DNA from: Pseudomonadota bacterium
GTDB lineage: Bacteria; Pseudomonadota; Alphaproteobacteria; Rhizobiales; Hyphomicrobiaceae
Direction: 5' to 3'
Assembly: GCA_023412745.1 (NCBI GenBank)
Contig: JAEZBZ010000276.1
Span: 1 to 63,817, forward strand
Length of the DNA: 63,817 nt
The notes beneath the pieces were generated by a model. That model saw only the letters and a list, made by a program, of their open reading frames with translations, searched no databases and was not told the origin of the DNA. Positions within the stretch are counted from its first letter, which is position 1. Every line of letters starts with the position of its first letter. Shown piece after piece: positions 48,299 to 58,326 of the stretch. The position numbers were made by a program, and so were the translations under genes.

Positions 48299-48622
48299 AT
48301 GCCACAGCCGGCCCGCATCGCGATGCCGACGTCCGCCAAAAAGGGCGAGGTGATCCAGATCCGCACAATCATCCAGCACGAAATGGAGACAGGCTATCGC
48401 CGCGACAATCGCGGGCTTGCCATCCCGCGCCACATTATCAGCGACCTCGTGGTGACATACGCTGGCGAGGAAATCTTCCGCTTCGACATGTTTCCGGGCG
48501 TGTCGGCCAATCCGTACGTCGGGTTCACCACCACGGCGACGCAAACCGGCGAGATCGTTTTCACCTGGACCGACGATCGCGGTGAGACAACCACGGAGAG
48601 GCGCAAGCTAACAGTCACATGA
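48299..48622 (+). CDS. soxZ: SoxZ paralog
   Basis: HEMETGYRRD..IPRHII..VSANPY. Confidence 0.88.
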   Translation: MPQPARIAMPTSAKKGEVIQIRTIIQHEMETGYRRDNRGLAIPRHIISDLVVTYAGEEIFRFDMFPGVSANPYVGFTTTATQTGEIVFTWTDDRGETTTERRKLTVT

Positions 48623-49407
48623 TGCCGACGTTGCCCGCCATGCGTCGACTTCTGGCCGCTGCGTTCGCCACGCTGGCGGCAACGGTCGTTGCGGCCGAGG
48701 AGCGGCCATCGCCGCCGCTGCCTGGTGAGTATTTCCAGTCTGAGGAAACCCGGCGGCTGCAGGCGGATGAATTCGCCAATCCCGGCATGCTGTGGGTGGA
48801 GCAGGGGGCGACGCTATGGAACAAGCAGGACGGTACGGAAGGCAAGTCTTGCGCGAGCTGCCACCAACAGGCGCCGGTCAGCATGAAAGGCGTGGCCGCG
48901 CGCTATCCTCTGGTGGATGCTGGCGGCCGGCTGCTCAATATCGAGGGGCGCATCAACCAGTGCCGGACTGAGCGCATGGGCGCGCCGGCGCTCACCTACG
49001 CGAGTGACGAATTGTTGGCGCTGACGGCCTATATCGCACATCAGTCGCGCGGCATACCCCGTGACGTCGCGGTCGATGGCCCGGCGAGACCGTTCTTCGA
49101 GGCCGGACGCGCCTTCTATGCGCAGCGCCAGGGCCAGCTCAATCTCGCCTGCGGCCAATGCCACGATGAGAACGCGGGAAAAAAGCTGCGCGGCGATATC
49201 ATCAGTCAGGGCCAGACGCATGGATGGCCGGCGTATCGGCTGGAATGGCAGGCCATGGGATTGCTGCATCGCCGGCTCAGGGCGTGCAGCCTTGGTGTCA
49301 GGGCCGAAGTGCTCGACTACGGCGCGCCGGAATATCTCGCGCTCGAGCTCTATCTCGCATGGCGCGGCCATGGTCTGCCGATGCAAAGCCCCGGCATCAG
49401 GCGCTAA
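48619..49407 (+). CDS. soxA: Diheme SoxA-like cytochrome c
   Basis: DEFANPGMLWV, CASCH, RINQC, GQLNLACGQCH, WPAYRLEWQ, HRRLRAC. Confidence 0.9.
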   Translation: MMPTLPAMRRLLAAAFATLAATVVAAEERPSPPLPGEYFQSEETRRLQADEFANPGMLWVEQGATLWNKQDGTEGKSCASCHQQAPVSMKGVAARYPLVDAGGRLLNIEGRINQCRTERMGAPALTYASDELLALTAYIAHQSRGIPRDVAVDGPARPFFEAGRAFYAQRQGQLNLACGQCHDENAGKKLRGDIISQGQTHGWPAYRLEWQAMGLLHRRLRACSLGVRAEVLDYGAPEYLALELYLAWRGHGLPMQSPGIRR

Positions 49408-49539
49408 GTCTGCAAAAGATGGCAGGGTGAGACCGTTTAACCTTCAAAGTGGACGTAAGTCCTTGATGAGTCTAAAAGAACTCTGCACGCAGATTTCCGT
49501 CTCAATTTTGTGGTCAATCGACCTCCCGCCAGGTGGGCA

Positions 49540-51033
49540 ATGCCGATCACGCAAACCTCTTTTCTCAGAACCAGCGCACTGTTGCTCATCGTCGGGCTGT
49601 TGGTTCTCGTTGGAATTGTCGGTTCGACGCTTTGGCTTATTGAGCAGACCCAGCATCATTTCTCCGCAGTGCTGCAAGCCAGGGATCTGAGAACGACGAC
49701 GGCGAGCCTTCGCATAGCGTTGCACGAGATGGAGTCCAGCCAGCGCGGCTACATCCTGTCGCAAGAAGAAGTCTATTTAGCCCCCTACAACACCGCTCGC
49801 GGCAGCATTTTTCCGCATTACGAACGTCTCCGCGAAGTCGTCCGGAACTACCCGAAGTATCAACAGCGCGTGGACGCCCTGGCGCCGGCCCTCAAGCAGA
49901 AGCTCGACGAACTGCAACAGACCATCGATCTCGTGCGCGCTGGGCGTCAGGCCGAGGCTATTGCCATCGTCGCGACCGATCGCGGCAAGCAACTCATGGA
50001 TGATGCGCGCGATCTGTTGGTCGAGATCATGAGGGATGCCGACGCCAATGTGACATCCAGCAGCGAAGAACAGACGGCCAGCACCAACATGCTGCACAAG
50101 GTCGCAATCGTCGGTGGCATTGTCATAATCCTGGTGATGGGAAGTTCCGTCTGGACTGCGTTGAACTATACGCGCGATCTGCTCAAAGCCCGGCAGGAAG
50201 TCGAAAAGCTGAATGCCGATCTCGAAAATCGCGTGAACGAGCGAACTCAGGATCTCATTCGTGCCAACGAGGAAGTCCAGCGGTTTGCCTATATCGTCAC
50301 CCATGACTTGCGTGCGCCCCTGGTCAATATCATGGGCTTCACCAGCGAGTTGGACGCGACGATGAAGTCTATACAGGCCTACGTGCTGGCGGACGGCGAT
50401 CCGCTTAGCGAGCAGGAGATCCAGGAGGCGCGGACAGCCGCCTCGGAAGACCTGCCCGAGGCGATCGGCTTTATCCGGTCCTCGACCCGCAAGATGGATG
50501 GCCTCATCAATGCGATCCTGAAGATCTCGCGCGATGGCAAACGTCCGATAAAGCCGGAAAAAATCGACCTGAGAGGGCTGCTGGAGGCCAATCTGGCCAC
50601 GATCCAGCATCAGATCGTAGATGCCGAGGGGACAACCAATTTGACTATCGGCGTGCCAGAAATCGTCTCCGACCGGTTGTCGCTTGAGCAGGTGGTTGGC
50701 AACTTGCTTGACAATGCCGTGAAGTATCGGGTTCCTGATCGGCCTCTCGAGATCCGCGTTGCGGTCGATCGTGCGGCCGGCCGGCAAGTGCGCATCGATC
50801 TCACCGACAATGGTCGTGGCATCGCCGCGGAGGATCACCAGAGGGTATTCGATCTTTTCCGCCGCTCGGGCCAGCAGAGCCAGCCGGGAGAAGGCATCGG
50901 CCTTGCACATGTGCGCACGCTGGTGCGCAGCCTCGGTGGCGACATCACCCTGTCCTCGGTCTTCGGCGAAGGCAGTACTTTTTCCATACTCCTGCCGCTG
51001 GACGTCAGGACCGTCACAAGGAGTAGCGAATGA
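49540..51033 (+). CDS. CHASE3-domain sensor histidine kinase
   Basis: TM-ESSQRGY..YLAPY..GKQLMD-TM, FAYIVTHDLRAPL, NLLDNAVKY, DNGRGI, GIGL. Confidence 0.92.
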   Translation: MPITQTSFLRTSALLLIVGLLVLVGIVGSTLWLIEQTQHHFSAVLQARDLRTTTASLRIALHEMESSQRGYILSQEEVYLAPYNTARGSIFPHYERLREVVRNYPKYQQRVDALAPALKQKLDELQQTIDLVRAGRQAEAIAIVATDRGKQLMDDARDLLVEIMRDADANVTSSSEEQTASTNMLHKVAIVGGIVIILVMGSSVWTALNYTRDLLKARQEVEKLNADLENRVNERTQDLIRANEEVQRFAYIVTHDLRAPLVNIMGFTSELDATMKSIQAYVLADGDPLSEQEIQEARTAASEDLPEAIGFIRSSTRKMDGLINAILKISRDGKRPIKPEKIDLRGLLEANLATIQHQIVDAEGTTNLTIGVPEIVSDRLSLEQVVGNLLDNAVKYRVPDRPLEIRVAVDRAAGRQVRIDLTDNGRGIAAEDHQRVFDLFRRSGQQSQPGEGIGLAHVRTLVRSLGGDITLSSVFGEGSTFSILLPLDVRTVTRSSE

Positions 51034-51473
51034 ACGACGCGAAGCCTGTTTTGATCATCATGATCGAGGACGACGAGGGGCATGCCCGGCTCATCGAAAA
51101 GAATATCCGTCGTGCCGGCGTCAACAACGAGATCATCCCCTTCACCAATGGGACGGATGCGCTTGCCTACCTCCTGGGCCCAGATGGCGCTGGTGAAGTG
51201 AGCGCCGGCCGCCAGCTTCTCATTCTGCTTGATCTCAACCTGCCCGATATGACGGGCGTATCCATTCTGGAAAAGGTGAAGAACAACGCGCACACGCGTC
51301 GTTCGCCCGTGGTCGTTCTGACGACGACAGACGACGAGCGCGAAATCCAGCGTTGCTACGATCTCGGCGCCAACGTCTATATCACCAAGCCGGTGGACTA
51401 CGACGGTTTTGCCAACGCGATCCGCCAGTTGGGACTGTTCTTCGCCGTGATGCAGGTTCCGGAGACCGAATAG
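51030..51473 (+). CDS. Single-domain response regulator (Rcp-like)
   Basis: IEDD, LLDLNLP, VVVLTT, YITKP. Confidence 0.93.
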   Translation: MNDAKPVLIIMIEDDEGHARLIEKNIRRAGVNNEIIPFTNGTDALAYLLGPDGAGEVSAGRQLLILLDLNLPDMTGVSILEKVKNNAHTRRSPVVVLTTTDDEREIQRCYDLGANVYITKPVDYDGFANAIRQLGLFFAVMQVPETE

Positions 51474-51474
51474 C

Positions 51475-52572
51475 GTGCCAAACCGCGTATTCCGTGTGCT
51501 GCAGATCGACGACGATGTAGTGCTTGCGCGCCTGGTCGAAAAGGCGCTTACGCGGCGCGGCTATTCGTATGAACACGCGCGCGATGCCGCGTCCGGCCTC
51601 GATCGCATAGCTAAGGGCGGCATTACCGTCCTGGTGCTCGATCATTTTCTCGATAGCGGAACCGGCTTGTCCGTGCTGGAGAAGCTGAAGGAAATTCCGC
51701 AAGCGCCGCCGGTCGTATACGTGACTGGATCGCAGGAATTGAGCGTCGCGGTGGAAGCGCTGAAGGCGGGCGCGTCCGATTATGTTCTGAAGAGCGTGGG
51801 AGAGGAGTTTATCCTGCTGCTCGTCAGCGCCATTGAGCAGGCGATCGAAAAGGCAAGGCTCGAGCGGCAAAAGGAACTCGCGGAACAGGAAGTGCGGGCC
51901 GCTCGTGATCGGGCCGAAATTCTGCTGGCAGAAGTGAACCACAGGGTCGCGAACAGCTTGGCGCTGGTGGCGTCCCTGGTCCGCATGCAGGCTTCCGCTG
52001 TCTCCGATCCGGATTCACGAAATGCCCTTAATGAAACACAGGTCCGCATCCTGGCGGTCGCCGGCCTGCACCGCCGTCTCTATACGTCCGACGATGTCCG
52101 CTCGGTTTTCCTCAATTCTTACCTGAATTCTCTGATCGACGAGCTAGACAAGACAATGCACGCAGCGGGCAAGCTCGCGCGCGTGAAGACCGACCTCGAC
52201 GCGATGAGCGTACCGACCGACATCGCGGTGCTGGTCGGGTTGATTGTCACCGAACTGCTGACCAATGCCTACAAGTATGCCTATCCGGGCAATCAGTCCG
52301 GGGAAGTTCGTGTTTTGATGCGCAAAGCCAGCCCGACAAGGGCAACGCTGATGATCGAAGACGACGGGGTTGGCTGGGACGGGACTGGCGAGGCCAAGGG
52401 CACGGGGCTCGGCACGCGTCTCGTCGCGGCAATGGCAGGGCGATTGGGAACCTCCATCGTCTATGGCGACGGGCAGGCGGGCACACGTATTGCGTTCGAG
52501 CTTCGCGTGGCGGACGAGAACGAGGAAGAGGCGGCCGCCGAGGACGACGCAGGGCCGATCGAGACGCCTTGA
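51475..52572 (+). CDS. REC-HisKA_2 (HRxxN) cytoplasmic histidine kinase
   Basis: N-terminal REC, EVNHRVANSL, ELLTNAYKYA, DDGVG, GLG. Confidence 0.9.
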   Translation: MPNRVFRVLQIDDDVVLARLVEKALTRRGYSYEHARDAASGLDRIAKGGITVLVLDHFLDSGTGLSVLEKLKEIPQAPPVVYVTGSQELSVAVEALKAGASDYVLKSVGEEFILLLVSAIEQAIEKARLERQKELAEQEVRAARDRAEILLAEVNHRVANSLALVASLVRMQASAVSDPDSRNALNETQVRILAVAGLHRRLYTSDDVRSVFLNSYLNSLIDELDKTMHAAGKLARVKTDLDAMSVPTDIAVLVGLIVTELLTNAYKYAYPGNQSGEVRVLMRKASPTRATLMIEDDGVGWDGTGEAKGTGLGTRLVAAMAGRLGTSIVYGDGQAGTRIAFELRVADENEEEAAAEDDAGPIETP

Positions 52573-52711
52573 AACGCGGCGGATCTCGCCAACCCCGGCC
52601 TGTGCGCTACCACTATCGAGTTGGCAGCAAAGTGTAGCCATCCCCAGTGAGTGCGGTCAAGGCCGCACGCGGGGCTGCGCGGCGCCGGGACAGTGAGTTT
52701 TCGTGCTCCCT

Positions 52712-52748
52712 CAAAACGAAATCAGCCGGTGCCTGTTGGCACCGGCTG
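52712..52748 (-). terminator. Intrinsic terminator
   Basis: CAGCCGGTGCC-4nt-GGCACCGGCTG 11-bp stem followed by ATTTCGTTTT on the minus strand. Confidence 0.65.
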
Positions 52749-52776
52749 TAGCTCAGTGGCGTTGCCGCCAGACGTG

Positions 52777-53604
52777 TCATCGCTTCATCCAGTAGAAGAT
52801 GTCAGCCGGCGAAGGCGTCTCGCGCGAATAGCCGAAGTTGGACGTGTAGATGCCGCCCTGGTAGCGCTCCGCGACGTCACCGATCGAGTCGTTGTTGACT
52901 TCGGCCGCGTAGTCCTCGGCGTTGTCCTTGACCTGATAGCCGAGCTCTGCGTCGCGCGTGCTGTTCCACCAGCGGCGCGTATTGTTGGAGGCGCCCCAGA
53001 CCACGCGGCAGCCGAGATCGGGCGCCGTCAGTCCGGCGGCGACCAGACCGACGAGATCGGGATAGCTCAGCCAAGACGCGAGATGGCGGCGCTCAGTCGG
53101 CTTGGCGACGCACGAACCGATGCGGATCGACAGGCTTTCGACGGCATACTTGTCCCAGTAGAGACGGCCGAACATCTCGCCGTACACCTTGGAGATACCG
53201 TAGTAGCCATCCGGACGGTGATCACAATTCTCGTCGAGCTTGGTCGTGCGTTCGTGGAAGCCGATCGAGTGAACTGAGCTGGCGAAGATCACGCGGGCTT
53301 TTGCGGCGCGCGCCAGTTCGAAGATATTGTAGGTGCCGACGAAGTTCGGACCCAGCACCTCGTTGAACGGGCGATCGATGGAGACCGCGCCGAAATGCAC
53401 GATGGCCGACACTTCATCGGCCATTGCATCGAAGGCGGCTTTGTCGCTGAGGTCCTGCTTGCGGAATTCGCTGCCCTGCGGGATGGCGTCGGGGAAATCC
53501 GCGATGTCACTCAGGATCATCGCGTGGCCCTTTTCGGCCAGACCCTTCGTCAGAACGCGGCCGAGTGCGCCGGATGCTCCGGTCAGAAGGACTTTCTTGG
53601 ACAT
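52777..53604 (-). CDS. Uronate dehydrogenase-like NAD-dependent extended SDR
   Basis: TGASGALG, FASSVH, RPDGYYGISK, RIGSC, WLSYPD. Confidence 0.85.
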   Translation of the reverse strand: MSKKVLLTGASGALGRVLTKGLAEKGHAMILSDIADFPDAIPQGSEFRKQDLSDKAAFDAMADEVSAIVHFGAVSIDRPFNEVLGPNFVGTYNIFELARAAKARVIFASSVHSIGFHERTTKLDENCDHRPDGYYGISKVYGEMFGRLYWDKYAVESLSIRIGSCVAKPTERRHLASWLSYPDLVGLVAAGLTAPDLGCRVVWGASNNTRRWWNSTRDAELGYQVKDNAEDYAAEVNNDSIGDVAERYQGGIYTSNFGYSRETPSPADIFYWMKR

Positions 53605-53958
53605 GGATGTTCTCGTCTTTCTTTTATGATCTGTGTAGGTCGTGATTGGCTCGCTTCAGGTCCAGGCAACTGCGGTCTTGCGGCGACCCTGCTGGCTCAT
53701 GGAAAACCGGTACGCATGAGGCCCTGAAGATGGGGCTGGCTGGCAGTTTTGCCTACGCGGGATGTGGACGTCAATGCTATCGCTATATTCATGACAATAT
53801 AACGATCGAGATCGGTGGTGTGGCGGCGGTCTCCCCATGCCCACCCGGCGCAGGTTTATGAGGAGGACATTGCGGAATTTACCCCTGACCGTTACGTAAG
53901 TTGCGGCTTGGGGAGCGCAGGGCGTCGTTGTCCGCTGGCGCACAAGCTAAGCTGCGCT

Positions 53959-54495
53959 TTAGCCAGCCGGCGGGGTCATTCCAGCAATGGCAAGAGCGAT
54001 CGCGCCGTTGTGATAGTGGCCTATGATGGCGCCCATTTCGACTACGCCCCTATCACCGAGCGCGCGGCGAGCGCCCGCCAGTGTTTCGTCGCTGACGGTA
54101 TGGTGTCCCAGCATTCCGGTTGTGAAGGCGTGGGCTGCAGTTTCGTCGGGGCTGGAAAAGCGGGGCGCGTCGCCGACATTGATCGCGTCGATAACCTGCT
54201 GCGCGAGACCGGCCTTCAGCGCCAGCGCCACGTGATTGTTCCACATATAGCGGCAATTATAATGGCGCGCGGTGATCAGGATCACCAGCTCCGAGATGCG
54301 GGCATCGAGCGTCGTGCCCCATCGCAGGAACTCGCCGAGCTTCTGCGCGCGCGATGCCAGCTCCGGGCTGTGCAGCCAGACGTGCACCGGGCCACGCACT
54401 TCTTTGCGCGGGCCGCTGGCCACTTCATTGGCGACGCGTTGCTGCTCGGCGTCGAGGTTCTTCAGATCGGGAAGCGGAATGTGGCCGCGCGACAT
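53959..54495 (-). CDS. Carboxymuconolactone decarboxylase-family protein
   Basis: GPRKEVRGP..WLHSPELA, ELVILITAR..Y.W..H, IGHYH. Confidence 0.85.
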   Translation of the reverse strand: MSRGHIPLPDLKNLDAEQQRVANEVASGPRKEVRGPVHVWLHSPELASRAQKLGEFLRWGTTLDARISELVILITARHYNCRYMWNNHVALALKAGLAQQVIDAINVGDAPRFSSPDETAAHAFTTGMLGHHTVSDETLAGARRALGDRGVVEMGAIIGHYHNGAIALAIAGMTPPAG

Positions 54496-54518
54496 GGATA
54501 TCTCCCGGATGGAAAATC

Positions 54519-55523
54519 TCAAGCCTTAGTCTGCGCGGCAAGGAACTCTTCCAGCGAGAAGAGCTTGGGGTCGTAGGCCGGCTCGGTGATCTTGGTGCCC
54601 TGGAATGGCGTCGCCTCATGCAGCCATTTCTTCGGCGGCGGCAGATCCCAGGTGAAGCGATTGCCGGCATGCCATTTGACCGGGCCATCTTCGAAATCCA
54701 TGAGCTGGATCGGCGGCGGTAAGATCTCCACGCGATGGCCGTCTGGGTCGCGGAAATACACGTAGAACGCATGGCCCTGTCCATGCCGGCCAGGGCCGCG
54801 CTCGAAATTGCGCGAGAAGCCGATGCCGCCGGCGGTGTCGAGCGCCCTCAGCAGGCAATTGGCGTCGGAGACGATGTAGGCGAAGTGGTGCATCGTCGGT
54901 CCGCGCCGCGACAGGAACACGATGTCGTGCGGGTTGTTCTTGCGATAGAGGAACAGCCCCAGCGGATCCTCGTCCTCCGGCTTGTCGACGAAATAGTCCG
55001 AGATGCGGAAACCGAGATCGGTATAAAAGCGCCCCGCGGTCGGCACGTCCGGCATCAGGCACTGCACGTGGTCGTAACGCAGGGCCGCCGCGCCGCGATG
55101 AAGATGCGGCCGGTCGTGCAGCCGCGGCTGCGTCGGCATGCTGGCACACAGCTCGAGAGGCACGCCGGTGAAATCGCGCAACACCAGCGTCCGCCCCTGG
55201 TAATCGCGCTCCACCCAGCGTGCCTCTATCTCCTTACGGTCAAAATACGCTTTGGCCGCGTCCAAATCTTCGTCGCGAAAGACGCGAAAGCCGAGGGCTT
55301 CGCACTCAGGCGCGGCATCCGTTGCAGTCAGCACCAGGCTGTGATGGCAGGATTCCTCGACGCCGCGCAGATAGGTGACGCCGTGGCCTTCGTCGCTCAC
55401 AATCAGGCCGATGACTTCCGTGTAAAACTCGCGTGTTTTCGGCAGGTCACGGACCGACAGACGGATGTGGCTTGCGCGCGTGATGTTGAAGGGCGGATTG
55501 AAGTCGGTTTGCGGGACGGGCAT
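54519..55523 (-). CDS. Extradiol (VOC) dioxygenase, homoprotocatechuate 2,3-dioxygenase-like
   Basis: PPFNITRASH, DHVQ, HDIVF, MHHFAY, ERGPGRHG, YFRDPDGHRVE (His-His-Glu triad). Confidence 0.85.
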   Translation of the reverse strand: MPVPQTDFNPPFNITRASHIRLSVRDLPKTREFYTEVIGLIVSDEGHGVTYLRGVEESCHHSLVLTATDAAPECEALGFRVFRDEDLDAAKAYFDRKEIEARWVERDYQGRTLVLRDFTGVPLELCASMPTQPRLHDRPHLHRGAAALRYDHVQCLMPDVPTAGRFYTDLGFRISDYFVDKPEDEDPLGLFLYRKNNPHDIVFLSRRGPTMHHFAYIVSDANCLLRALDTAGGIGFSRNFERGPGRHGQGHAFYVYFRDPDGHRVEILPPPIQLMDFEDGPVKWHAGNRFTWDLPPPKKWLHEATPFQGTKITEPAYDPKLFSLEEFLAAQTKA

Positions 55524-55572
55524 GGCCTTGGGCACTCCGGAGTGATCTGTCCGCTGATGGCTGGGCTGGCTG

Positions 55573-56352
55573 CTAGGCGGCCTTGTTATCGTGATGATGG
55601 CCGATCGCGGCTTCGAGGCGCGCTTCATACTCCTGGAACACGGCTTCGTGCCGGTGCCGGGGACGCGGCAGATCGATCTTCAGTTCCAGTGATACCCGCG
55701 CCGGACGCCCGCTCATCACCAGCACGCGGTCCGACAGGTAAATTGCCTCGCGGATGTCATGCGTGATGAACAGGATGGTGTTGCGCGTGGTGTTCCAGAT
55801 GTCGCCAAGCGCATTCTGCATGGCCTCGCGCGTTTGCGCGTCGAGTGCGCCGAACGGCTCGTCCATCAGCAATGCGGACGGCTCGATGGCGAGGGCTCGT
55901 GCGAGCCCCACGCGCTGGCGCATGCCGCCTGACAGGCGGTGAGGGTGATAGTCCTCAAAGCCCGAGAGGCCGACGAGGTTGACGTATTTCTGGGCAAGGC
56001 GCGTCTGTTCGGCTTTCGGCAGACCCTTGGAATTGAGGCCAAACGCGATGTTGCCCATCACCGTCAGCCACGGAAACAGCGCGAATTCCTGGAACACGAT
56101 GCCCCGGTCGAGGCCCGGTCCGCGTACCTCCTTGCCATCGACACTGACCGTGCCGCCGGACGGCTCCGACAATCCGCCGGCGATGCTGAGCAAGGTGGAC
56201 TTGCCGCAACCCGATGAGCCGATAATGCTGACGAATTCGCCATCGCGGACCGTGAACGAAATGTCCTCGAACACGCGCAGATGACGCGTGCTGTTCCAGC
56301 TTTCGCGGCGTGCGTAGGTTTTGCTGAGACGATCGATGCGGAGTTCACCCAT
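55573..56352 (-). CDS. ABC ATP-binding protein (SsuB/TauB/NrtD-like)
   Basis: GSSGCGKS, VFQEFALFPW, LSGGMRQR, MDEPFGALD. Confidence 0.93.
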   Translation of the reverse strand: MGELRIDRLSKTYARRESWNSTRHLRVFEDISFTVRDGEFVSIIGSSGCGKSTLLSIAGGLSEPSGGTVSVDGKEVRGPGLDRGIVFQEFALFPWLTVMGNIAFGLNSKGLPKAEQTRLAQKYVNLVGLSGFEDYHPHRLSGGMRQRVGLARALAIEPSALLMDEPFGALDAQTREAMQNALGDIWNTTRNTILFITHDIREAIYLSDRVLVMSGRPARVSLELKIDLPRPRHRHEAVFQEYEARLEAAIGHHHDNKAA

Positions 56353-57203
56353 CAGTTTCTATCCCTCACCGTGCCCCAGCGTTCGACGGTCGCGACTTCC
56401 AGTCCGCGCAGGAAAACGCGCTCGATCAGCAGCCCGACGATGCCGACGACGAGCAGACCGGCATAGACGACATCGGAATTGAAGTATTCACGGCCCCAGT
56501 AGATCCGGTAGCCGAGACCGGCGCTCACTGACACTAGCATCTCGGCGACGATCAGGATGCGCCAGCAGCGGGAGAAGGCGAGCCGGTAGCCGGCGATCAT
56601 TGACGGCAGCGCGGCGGGCACCAAAACGCGCCAGAACAGCGACGGTCCGGTGGCGCCGAAAGCCTTGCCGGCGCGGATCAGCGAGCCGTCCACCGTGCGC
56701 ACGCCGGTCCAGGCGTTCAGCGTGACGGTCAACGCCACTTCGTAAATGAGAATGCTGGTGATCGCGAATTCGGTTAGCCCGAACCAGATCATCGACAGGG
56801 GAAACAGCGCGGTGCCAGGAATGGCGAGAAGGAAATTGAGCGGGGCTGCGAGGATGCGCTCCCATATGCGGAAGTAGCCCATCATCACGCCGATGATGGT
56901 GCCTGCGATGGATCCGATGAAAACGCTTTCCAGCAGGCGGCGAAGCGAGGCCCAGATGTCGTTCCACAGGGTGCCTTGCTCGGCCATCCGCACCAGCGCG
57001 GAGAAAATCGCGCTGGCCGGCGGGAACAGTGCCGCCGGCATGCCGCTGAGGCGTGCCGCCAGTTCCCAGAGAATGACGAGGACAACGAGGGGGCCGGCCA
57101 GGAAGAGAAGGTTTCTCAGGCCATTTGCAATGCCCCCTCCGGTGCGGATTTCCTCCGCCGAAAGGCTTCGCGCCACACGGCCGTCGGTGTCCAGTGCCGC
57201 CAT
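56352..57203 (-). CDS. ABC permease (SsuC/TauC-like)
   Basis: ASLRRL, PLSMIWFG, AGKAFGA..VPAALP, VAEML. Confidence 0.9.
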   Translation of the reverse strand: MAALDTDGRVARSLSAEEIRTGGGIANGLRNLLFLAGPLVVLVILWELAARLSGMPAALFPPASAIFSALVRMAEQGTLWNDIWASLRRLLESVFIGSIAGTIIGVMMGYFRIWERILAAPLNFLLAIPGTALFPLSMIWFGLTEFAITSILIYEVALTVTLNAWTGVRTVDGSLIRAGKAFGATGPSLFWRVLVPAALPSMIAGYRLAFSRCWRILIVAEMLVSVSAGLGYRIYWGREYFNSDVVYAGLLVVGIVGLLIERVFLRGLEVATVERWGTVRDRN

Positions 57204-57237
57204 CGCAGGGTTCGTCCTGTTGCGTTCTGACGTCGGG

Positions 57238-58230
57238 TTATTTGATTGCGGCTTCAGCTTTGTCGCCGAAGCTTCGATCAAGGATCGTGTCTAGATCCAG
57301 CTTGGACTTGATGGTTCCGGCCGCGGCGAGCGCATCACGCGTTCCGCCGAGTTCCTTGGCATCAGTGGCGATGAAGTTGACGCCGGTGAATTTATCGACC
57401 TCGAACATCATCGTCTTGATGGTGGCGTCGTCGAGCGGCGAGCCCGCATCGCGAACTGTCTTTGAGAAGATCTTCAGAGCACCATCTGGATTTGCACGGA
57501 TCCACTTGTGGGCCTTGGCATAGGCATTGACGAAGCGCTGGACGGTATCGCGGTTCTTCTCGATGTAATTTTTGTCGGCGACCAGGATCAGCGGATAGGT
57601 GATTTCCGCACGCTCCTGGAACTGCCTGGCACTGATGATCTCCTTGCCGTGGCCGCCCTGGACGATCCGCTGCATCATCGGATCCCATCCGAGCACGGCG
57701 TCGAACGTGCCTTTCGAGGCCATGGCCGTCGGCATATCGGTGACGCGCACGTTGGCGACCTGGAAGTCGCTTTCCTTCAGGCCTTCCTTCTTCACCAGAT
57801 TCAGGAACACGCCATGCACGCCGGTGCCGACCTGGATGCCGATGCGTTTGCCCTTGAGATCAGCGAGCGATTTGATCTCGCCGAGGTCGTTCGAGCCGAC
57901 CATCTTGCCGGTGAAACCGCGCGAGCCGGCGCCGATCGCGGTCAGCGGAATGCCCTTGTCGACAGCCGTGAACAGCACGACGTCCGAGACTTCGGCAAAC
58001 TGCATGGAGCCCGCGACGATCGCTTCGACCGCAAGATTGCCGCGAACGACAGGCTTGAGTTCAACGTCGAGGCCTTCTTCCTTGAAGAAGCCCTCCTGCG
58101 CGGCAACGAGAGATGGGACCTGATTGACACCGCTCGCCATGCCAACGGTGATCTTGCCTTGGGCCATCGCGACGGATGGCAGAGCCACCAGCGCGCCCAA
58201 TGCGAACAGCAGTTTCGCAAAACCCGACAT
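57238..58230 (-). CDS. ABC substrate-binding protein (SsuA/THI5-like)
   Basis: Signal peptide, GFFKEEGLDVE, DLKGKRIG, FVNAYAKA. Confidence 0.88.
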   Translation of the reverse strand: MSGFAKLLFALGALVALPSVAMAQGKITVGMASGVNQVPSLVAAQEGFFKEEGLDVELKPVVRGNLAVEAIVAGSMQFAEVSDVVLFTAVDKGIPLTAIGAGSRGFTGKMVGSNDLGEIKSLADLKGKRIGIQVGTGVHGVFLNLVKKEGLKESDFQVANVRVTDMPTAMASKGTFDAVLGWDPMMQRIVQGGHGKEIISARQFQERAEITYPLILVADKNYIEKNRDTVQRFVNAYAKAHKWIRANPDGALKIFSKTVRDAGSPLDDATIKTMMFEVDKFTGVNFIATDAKELGGTRDALAAAGTIKSKLDLDTILDRSFGDKAEAAIK

Positions 58231-58326
58231 GATGTTTCCTCCCGGAGTTTCGTTTTCGCCCAGCTTACCGCCGGGTCGCATTTGCTCCGCAACTGAACGA
58301 TAGGTCCGCGACAAAGGACGGTCAAG

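Noticed and set aside
1087..49407. Complete canonical Sox pathway formed by combining the two clusters
   Set aside because: soxB and soxCD are not in the window and the second cluster has a non-canonical carrier; what lies beyond the left edge cannot be judged.
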